Source: an uncultured archaeon | GTDB lineage: Archaea > Asgardarchaeota > Thorarchaeia > Thorarchaeales > Thorarchaeaceae | NCBI GenBank assembly: GCA_964354495.1 | Contig: CAYHAA010000011.1 | Span: forward strand, 60,001 to 92,000 | Direction: 5' to 3' | Length of the DNA: 32,000 nt | Shown: positions 26,221 through 32,000 of the stretch, piece by piece | Position numbering within the stretch: the first letter of the stretch is position 1 | Layout: every line of letters starts with the position of its first letter | Made by a program: the position numbers and the translations under genes | The notes under the pieces: generated by a model | What the model saw: only the letters and a program-made list of their open reading frames with translations | Told to the model about the DNA's origin: nothing | Database searches by the model: none

Positions 26221-26275
26221 AAAGAGGAAAAAATGAAGAAGGGAATCCCAGCAGATTAGAAATCTTGCTGGGATT
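26221..26275 (-). terminator. Hairpin plus pyrimidine/U-rich tract, terminator of the surface-protein gene
   Basis: Minus strand AATCCCAGCA(A)GATT-TCT-AATCTGCTGGGATT (14 bp, one bulge), then CCCTTCTTCATTTTTTCCTCTTT; begins 15 nt after the stop at 26291. Confidence 0.65.
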
Positions 26276-26290
26276 ACTCTTTAGCTAGAC

Positions 26291-27940
26291 TTATACTTGG
26301 TACGATGCGCCACCGTGGGCGCCCCTGCCTCGAACCATCAAGGCAATGTTGAGAAAGGCTCCCAGTCCTACTACACCAACTGCAATACCTGTGAATGGCA
26401 TTCCGTCATTGAACATCTGAGTCAAGAGACCCAATGGGTCTGCACTGACAGTGTAGCCATCGATGTGTGTTGACTTCATGTAAGTGGTTGCATTGTATGT
26501 ATAGATCATTTCAGCAGGCATGAATGCATACCCACCTTCATACGCGAATGTCACTGTGTATGTGAAATTCAACCATCCTCCTGCAGGAATGCTTCCTGAG
26601 GTTGCGAGAGTATCTCCTGTGACATTGACAGAGTCGTAGGTTTCTCCAATCTCAATATCTACAACTGTGACATTGGTGATTGCCCCGGGCCCGTCATTAT
26701 GTACTGCAACGACAACATCGACAGATTCTCCAGGAGTTACTGTGGCAGGACTGAACTCACGTGTGACGGTGACAAGGGGTGGGAAATCTCCTTCAATGAA
26801 GTTGACAGTGTAGTCCGTTTCTGTGGAGGATGTTGCATTCCAAAACACCATACCTGATTCGTTGTCATAGTGTGTTCGATTCAAAGCTTCATACTCAGGA
26901 CTGTAAGATGTGATATTCACGGTTTGGGGCATGGATAATACTACGAACGATTGACCGTCGTCCAGGCCACTCACATTGCCACTTGACTTTCCAAGAAGAT
27001 CCTCAAAGATATTGAGTTCTGTGGAGGAAGTAGTCAGGACCTGGTCTCCGATGTATCCTGCAAAAACGACTGCAAGTGGACCATCAAGCTCCGGCATCTG
27101 GGAGAGTGCGAATGACGACGCTGAAGGTGTACTGTTCGTAAAGCCACCAATGAGGTCTGCCAACGCACCGAGGTCAGGTATGGCCACAAGTCCAGCTCCC
27201 GAGGCTCGAGCCTCAGAAAAGATCGTTTCATCAATAGAGCCCAGAAAACCTGAGTCGTCCATCACGCTAAACACGCTGCTGACAGCTTCTCCAAACGTAT
27301 TGCTGACTTGAGAGATGAATACATCAATGCTCTCGAAGGGTAATGTGACAATCATTTCTGGCGGGAAGAAGCTCTCATCAATCCTCAGATTGAGTAGGTC
27401 TGAGAACACGAACCCGAAGGCAAGATTGAGATGAGCCTTTATGGCTGCCATATTCGTCTGAGCAGCTGCTGCCTCTGCATTCACAAAGATATTGACGAGA
27501 AGGCTGAAATCAGTTCCGAGCATGGCAAGCAATGAATTCACATCGAGACCACCCTCTCCGAACTGAGTTGCAGAGAACTCTCCACCGCCACCGGTGATAT
27601 TGAGAAGATCTGAACCTATGAAGTCGATTATGTAGTCCAGAAGCTCACCCTGCGTAGCAACTAGGGCCATCACCATACAGTCTGTGTACATAGGTTCGGT
27701 CAGGCCTAACGCATCTGACGGAATACCCAGCTGTGCATAGATCACTGCAGGTTCGCCCTGTGGCCCGATAGCTGCGAAGACCAACTCGGCTCCGTTTTCA
27801 AGGAGACCAGTGAAGAAGTCCTCATCGAAATCCTGAGATAGTGCGACTCCACCTGAATTGGCTGCAGCCACATTTGGTGCGGCTAGCAAGAAGCCTATGG
27901 CAATTGCTACAATTAGTGCGTGCTTATGATTAAGTGTCAT
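26291..27940 (-). CDS. Secreted, C-terminally anchored cell-surface glycoprotein with Ig-like (CARDB/DUF11-like) domain
   Basis: Signal peptide (ALIVAIAIGFLLAAPNVAA); VTREFSPATVTPGESVDVVVAVHNDG...ITNVTVVD Ig-like pattern; 11 N-x-S/T sequons; C-terminal TM followed by RGRG. Confidence 0.8.
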   Translation of the reverse strand: MTLNHKHALIVAIAIGFLLAAPNVAAANSGGVALSQDFDEDFFTGLLENGAELVFAAIGPQGEPAVIYAQLGIPSDALGLTEPMYTDCMVMALVATQGELLDYIIDFIGSDLLNITGGGGEFSATQFGEGGLDVNSLLAMLGTDFSLLVNIFVNAEAAAAQTNMAAIKAHLNLAFGFVFSDLLNLRIDESFFPPEMIVTLPFESIDVFISQVSNTFGEAVSSVFSVMDDSGFLGSIDETIFSEARASGAGLVAIPDLGALADLIGGFTNSTPSASSFALSQMPELDGPLAVVFAGYIGDQVLTTSSTELNIFEDLLGKSSGNVSGLDDGQSFVVLSMPQTVNITSYSPEYEALNRTHYDNESGMVFWNATSSTETDYTVNFIEGDFPPLVTVTREFSPATVTPGESVDVVVAVHNDGPGAITNVTVVDIEIGETYDSVNVTGDTLATSGSIPAGGWLNFTYTVTFAYEGGYAFMPAEMIYTYNATTYMKSTHIDGYTVSADPLGLLTQMFNDGMPFTGIAVGVVGLGAFLNIALMVRGRGAHGGASYQV

Positions 27941-27941
27941 C

Positions 27942-28511
27942 TTAGAGTGCCTCCTTTTTCCTCACCACTGCTCCTAATATTGCAGCGATGATGACGATTA
28001 TGATGGGAGTCAAGAGCCAGATGATCAATGGTGTCAATAGTGCCATGATGTCCAGACTTCCACCAAGACCACTGATCAATGGCAGAATCTGCTCAATGGC
28101 TCCCTGAATCAGGGGAATTGATAGAACATCAGCCAGTGACGATCCCGGTGGGACTACGAACGACCCTAGTGCAATACCTCCTTGAAGAAGCAGGTATCCA
28201 CAGAGCACAACCAGCCCAAGGCATGAGAGCCAAGTCATTAAACCTACCACAAAGGCGCCCTTCTTGGTTCCAGCCATCATTCCTCCGACAAAGCCAGCTC
28301 CTGCCCAGACAAGGACCATGGTGATGTTATTCAAAGGATTAACGAGCATCAAATTGACCATGACCATCGTCGGCCTCATGTAGTTACCAAACTGAGGTGC
28401 CAGAATTGCAATTAATGTATTATAACCATCTGGCAACAAGAACCAACCGCCAAGGATGACAATGGCTAGTGCAATAAGCCATCCGAAATATTTGCTTGAA
28501 AATGATGAAAT
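27942..28511 (-). CDS. Multi-pass membrane protein, probable non-canonical ATT start
   Basis: ORF track gives 27942..28439, but the frame stays open upstream through the TM-like YFGWLIALAIVILGGWF. AGGAGGT lies 8 nt before ATT at 28511. Confidence 0.65.
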   Translation of the reverse strand: MSSFSSKYFGWLIALAIVILGGWFLLPDGYNTLIAILAPQFGNYMRPTMVMVNLMLVNPLNNITMVLVWAGAGFVGGMMAGTKKGAFVVGLMTWLSCLGLVVLCGYLLLQGGIALGSFVVPPGSSLADVLSIPLIQGAIEQILPLISGLGGSLDIMALLTPLIIWLLTPIIIVIIAAILGAVVRKKEAL

Positions 28512-28692
28512 TGTGTTAAACCTCCTTGCGATTAAAGGATTCTATCCTATTCCATAATTGAATGCTATTAACACTTTGGCAGATGTTCCTGTGTCTACGG
28601 AACGTTTTTGTTACACTATCAGGAAAAGAGAAATACCTCCATGAGAAGTGCGGGGCAACCTTTTCTATCCCCTGAAAAGGAGTACTCGGTAA

Positions 28693-28710
28693 TGTGTTCA
28701 ATTGAACACA
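28693..28710. promoter_or_regulatory. Perfect 18-bp palindrome, candidate operator of the wHTH gene
   Basis: TGTGTTCAA|TTGAACACA, ending 28 nt upstream of the GTG at 28739. Confidence 0.6.
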
Positions 28711-28738
28711 AGCAAGTAATAGTAGGGTCGGAGAAGAA

Positions 28739-29092
28739 GTGGAGAACAACACCGAATCAGCTTCAGTGTATGAGTTAATCCAGATGATGTCGTCCCTGAA
28801 CGACACGAGAAGGTCAATTCTCAACGCACTAGCCCATATCTACCCGAGAAGTGTGAGCGGTGTTCAACTCAGTCGTCTGATTGGGTACAGCGGCAAATCA
28901 AGAAGTCTATACAGGGGCGTTATCGCGCACCTCACGGAGCTCGAGATGATACAGATAGACCAGCTCACGCCAAAGCTCTATGCCATTCGCATCAACAATG
29001 AGCATCCACTTCTGTCTGTCCTCGTGAATCTGTGTAGGATACATGGCGAGCAATCCCGTAATCTCTACTTGAGAGCTCTGGGGGAAGAATGA
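28739..29092 (+). CDS. Winged-helix transcription regulator
   Basis: RRSILNAL...SGVQLSRLIG...LYRGVIAHLTELEMIQI followed by a beta wing. Confidence 0.7.
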   Translation: MENNTESASVYELIQMMSSLNDTRRSILNALAHIYPRSVSGVQLSRLIGYSGKSRSLYRGVIAHLTELEMIQIDQLTPKLYAIRINNEHPLLSVLVNLCRIHGEQSRNLYLRALGEE

Positions 29093-29694
29093 ATATGGAA
29101 GACGATCTTCTGAAGCAAGCAAGGGCCTTGTACAAGGACCGCTTACGCATTGCTCTATCTGCCATGCTGATTGTCTTCACTACCACGTGCTACGTGTTTT
29201 ACAATCTCGCTCTCAGCGGAACGGATGTTCCAAATGGTCTTCCAGGTGGGTCGACGCAGGGCTTTCAGGCTGCTGTTTCTTTCAATACAATTGGATTCAC
29301 CGTTTCCATACTTCTAATGGCTCTTGTCTTTCGATTCTGGTCCTGGGCATTTCTCCCTGGTCCTGCCGCCATATTCACACTTGGGTTGCTGGAGGGAATT
29401 CTCGGACCCAGAGTGGTCATTGAGCAAGTAATAGGCAAACGATTCAAGGTCACGCTTGAAAATGGGATGCAATTTGAGGTGAGTTGCAGAACCAGAAACA
29501 GAGGAACTGATGAGTGGTTCAGCTACAGGTTGGTCACAAGCCCACTGCAAGGAAGCGGCCTGAGAGAAGTCGCGCTACGACACGGTTTTGCGTTGAAGGA
29601 TGACAGGTTCGTCGCAACTGTCAGCAGTGACGAATTGCATCAACGTACTTTCCTCCTCACGAAGGCCATGATGGTTGCAAGATCGACCATTTGA
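29089..29694 (+). CDS. Membrane protein (two TM helices plus soluble domain)
   Basis: Hydrophobic segments IALSAMLIVFTTTCYVFY and GFTVSILLMALVF; ATGA overlap with the wHTH gene. Confidence 0.65.
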   Translation: MNMEDDLLKQARALYKDRLRIALSAMLIVFTTTCYVFYNLALSGTDVPNGLPGGSTQGFQAAVSFNTIGFTVSILLMALVFRFWSWAFLPGPAAIFTLGLLEGILGPRVVIEQVIGKRFKVTLENGMQFEVSCRTRNRGTDEWFSYRLVTSPLQGSGLREVALRHGFALKDDRFVATVSSDELHQRTFLLTKAMMVARSTI

Positions 29695-29772
29695 AGTCAT
29701 TCCCTCGCCCGATATCCGACATACTCAAGAAACCTATTTCTACGATTGCTGACATTCTACACTGATTCTAAG

Positions 29773-30165
29773 ATGGTCATCCGTGTAAAGCGTACGATTG
29801 ACATAGCAATGGCAAACTACACCGAGATAATTGGCTTCAGTGTCTTCACCTACGAAGGTCGGGTGGCCTATGCAAGTGATAACATGGACATTAGTGGTGA
29901 GATTGGTGCGATCATCCAATCTTGGAACGGCCAATCTCAGCAGTTCATGTTGAAGGGAATTTCCCTTATCGCAGCTTTGACGACGAATCAAGGTTTCGTG
30001 GCAATCAATCCCGATGGAGCTGTAAGTTTCATATGTGGTACAGGAAAGGGAGTCTGGTTTGTTTCTGTATTTGCACCAATGGACGTAGACAAGCAAGGGA
30101 TTCTTCGAGAGTGTGTGCAAGCTGCAAAGAATCTTGAGACTTCAGTGTCAATCTTTGACATCTGA
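29773..30165 (+). CDS. Divergent profilin-like protein
   Basis: About 130 aa with the profilin secondary-structure order (helix, two strands, helix, four to five strands, helix). YASDNMDISGEIGAIIQSW resembles the Asgard profilin (T/S)(D/E)NWD-I...W segment as I recall it. Start moved to ATG 29773. Confidence 0.6.
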   Translation: MVIRVKRTIDIAMANYTEIIGFSVFTYEGRVAYASDNMDISGEIGAIIQSWNGQSQQFMLKGISLIAALTTNQGFVAINPDGAVSFICGTGKGVWFVSVFAPMDVDKQGILRECVQAAKNLETSVSIFDI

Positions 30166-30177
30166 TTCAGAAGCTTA

Positions 30178-30624
30178 TTATTTCGCATCCATCAAGGGCT
30201 TCTGTTCAGCGATTATCCGGGCTACAAAAGCAAGGATTGCGCCAACCCAACCAAAAGACTGCTGGAGCTGCATTGTCATATCCATCGATAGTGTTCCAGT
30301 CATAACACTCTGAACAAGTATCATCAGAAGACCGATGATACCCACTGCAATTGCCAAGTTGACGATTATTCTACCTATTCTTACCTCGGAGGTTGTTAGT
30401 ATCACTCCACCTATGATGACAACGATTCCTGATATGATGGTGATCGAAGCAAGCCCTGCCATGATATTCTCAAGTGTCAGAACCAGGGAAAACTCTAGAA
30501 TCTCGCGAAGGGCTTCTGCAAGTTCATCGATAAGACCGATTACGCCACTGGCTCCGGATGCGAAGAGCAGGACTCCGCCGACAAGGCAGAGTATGAATGC
30601 GTTCCTATTGTGAATCTTCATCAA
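30178..30624 (-). CDS. Four-TM membrane protein
   Basis: Four Gly-rich hydrophobic segments. Confidence 0.7.
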   Translation of the reverse strand: MMKIHNRNAFILCLVGGVLLFASGASGVIGLIDELAEALREILEFSLVLTLENIMAGLASITIISGIVVIIGGVILTTSEVRIGRIIVNLAIAVGIIGLLMILVQSVMTGTLSMDMTMQLQQSFGWVGAILAFVARIIAEQKPLMDAK

Positions 30625-30729
30625 GAACTGCTATCGCCAACTGATGTTGTTTTAAAGATACCCACTTGGTATCTCCTCTAGGATCCCTCACCTACTCATC
30701 GTGCATTAGAATATAGATTCTCCCATTCC

Positions 30730-30746
30730 CAAAAATGCTTTATTCT
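30730..30746 (+). promoter_or_regulatory. BRE-TATA candidate, probably for a leaderless transcript
   Basis: CAAAAATG-CTTTATTC, with TTTATT starting 22 nt before the GTG at 30761. Confidence 0.4.
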
Positions 30747-30760
30747 GGCACGTCGAGCAA

Positions 30761-31504
30761 GTGACTGTGTCACTGAACTGGGAAGAAGCTGGCAAAGAGA
30801 AAAAGCCCACTGTGATTCTGGTTCACGGAGCGGGAGCATCTGCTGCAACATGGACACTGCAGCTCAGAGGGCTGTCCAAGCATTGTCATGTTATCGCCAT
30901 TGAACTGAATGGCCATGGAAGATCTCAAGACAAATCTGACAGCGCCGTTGCAGACTCGTATCTTGATGACATTGACCAAGTAGTATCAATCTTTCAAACT
31001 CCTATCCTCGGTGGGCATTCTATGGGCGGTGCTCTCACACAACTCTATGCTCTCCGAAACCCTGAGAAGTTAGGCGGAATCATATTGGTTGGGACGGGAG
31101 CTCGTCTGAGAGTGACTCCAGTGGTCTTTGAACTACTAGATACTGATTTTGAAGGCTATATTGAGGCATTGGGCGAGTTCATGTTCCATCAGAGTGCATC
31201 AAAAGAATTGGTCGAATCATCGCGAGAGGAGGCGCGAAAATGCCCGAAACATATCATTCGCAGGGATTTCGAACTATGCGATCACTTCGACATCATGGAA
31301 CGCGTTTCAGAGATCATGATTCCTACACTAATCATCGTCGGGGATAATGATATGATGACTCCTCTCAAGTTCTCGAACTATCTTCACGAGAGAATCAAGA
31401 ATTCGAAGCTCCAGACCGTCAAGTATGCAGGGCACATGGTGATGCTCGAACAACCATTGAAAGTCAACTCCGCAATCAGGAAATGGATAGAAGACACTAT
31501 CTAG
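30761..31504 (+). CDS. Alpha/beta-fold hydrolase
   Basis: HGAG oxyanion motif, GHSMGG nucleophile elbow, GDND acid, AGHM catalytic His. Confidence 0.92.
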   Translation: MTVSLNWEEAGKEKKPTVILVHGAGASAATWTLQLRGLSKHCHVIAIELNGHGRSQDKSDSAVADSYLDDIDQVVSIFQTPILGGHSMGGALTQLYALRNPEKLGGIILVGTGARLRVTPVVFELLDTDFEGYIEALGEFMFHQSASKELVESSREEARKCPKHIIRRDFELCDHFDIMERVSEIMIPTLIIVGDNDMMTPLKFSNYLHERIKNSKLQTVKYAGHMVMLEQPLKVNSAIRKWIEDTI

Positions 31505-31923
31505 AGATCGATTAGTCGTTGGTCCCGACGCCTCTTCTCAACTGCGGCAAGAAGTCGTGATCTATCGAAGTAGACCTCATTTCGGACTATCTTCCTTCCT
31601 TCGATTTCGACTATATCGAGACCTGTTTCGTGAATTACTTCAGTTCCTGTGGGAATGCTGTTTTTCCATTTGACAATAGCACCTGTCTTGATTGGGAAAA
31701 CCTCAATTGGCTCCCATTTCCATTCCCGGTAGAAATCAAGAAGCTTGACAAAGTATCTTCGAATCTCTTCATGGCCCTTGAGCCCTTTTCTATGAGCTGG
31801 GTCTGAATATATGGCGTCCTTGTGGTAGTATTCTAATAGCGCATCCGGGTTGTTGCCCGTCCATGTTGCCAGCCAATCTCTGCAAAAAGCTTGGAGCTCC
31901 TTCTCATCCATACTCGTCCACAT
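31501..31923 (-). CDS. SnoaL/NTF2-like protein
   Basis: W...DALLEYYHKDAIYSDP...LKGHEEIRRYF...GRKIVRNEVYFD pattern. Confidence 0.85.
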   Translation of the reverse strand: MWTSMDEKELQAFCRDWLATWTGNNPDALLEYYHKDAIYSDPAHRKGLKGHEEIRRYFVKLLDFYREWKWEPIEVFPIKTGAIVKWKNSIPTGTEVIHETGLDIVEIEGRKIVRNEVYFDRSRLLAAVEKRRRDQRLIDL

Positions 31924-32000
31924 CTGATTTCTGCTTTTGATTCATTGCCTGAATTCATCTGGTACCTCTTATCCTTTGCCCATGAAGCACTGTCGTCTAC

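Noticed and set aside
28659-28680. Inverted repeat CCTTTTC-N8-GAAAAGG
   Set aside because: Short and low complexity; cannot be distinguished from chance.
31924-32000. 3' end of an upstream minus-strand gene
   Set aside because: Too short to assign a frame or product.
1-32000. tRNA, rRNA, CRISPR arrays, transposases, integrases
   Set aside because: No cloverleaf, spaced direct repeats, terminal inverted repeats or recombinase motifs seen by eye; tRNAscan-SE and Infernal were not run.

Overview
Gene-dense archaeal chromosomal window. It most likely comes from an Asgard archaeon, probably Thorarchaeia; this is inferred from tandem Rab-like small GTPases, a profilin-like protein, archaeal-type regulators (AbrB-PhoU, TrmB, Bat-type HTH_10) and a Sulfolobus-type geranylgeranyl reductase. 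No rRNA, tRNA, CRISPR array or mobile element was recognised. Main blocks: (1) an orphan, circularly permuted N4/N6 DNA methyltransferase; (2) a phosphate-uptake locus (AbrB-PhoU regulator divergent from pstS-pstS-pstC-pstA-pstB-phoU-phoU) with a long intergenic hairpin containing a K-turn-like loop; (3) two tandem Rab-like GTPases; (4) uncharacterised proteins, including a Zn-ribbon/disordered scaffold, a 526-aa coiled coil ending in a winged helix, a small winged-helix protein and an M50-like protease; (5) a minus-strand gene run speB-trmB-GGR-M23-like peptidase-lipS2-lplA-lplB; (6) a glycosylated surface protein with a membrane partner that may start at ATT; (7) a wHTH regulator with an 18-bp palindrome whose core recurs at the speB start, a divergent profilin-like protein, an alpha/beta hydrolase and a SnoaL protein. 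Best leads: the divergent profilin, the signal-less M23-type metallopeptidase inside the lipoylation cluster, the coiled-coil/wH protein and the shared palindromic operator. All family calls come from motif recognition by eye, not from database searches.
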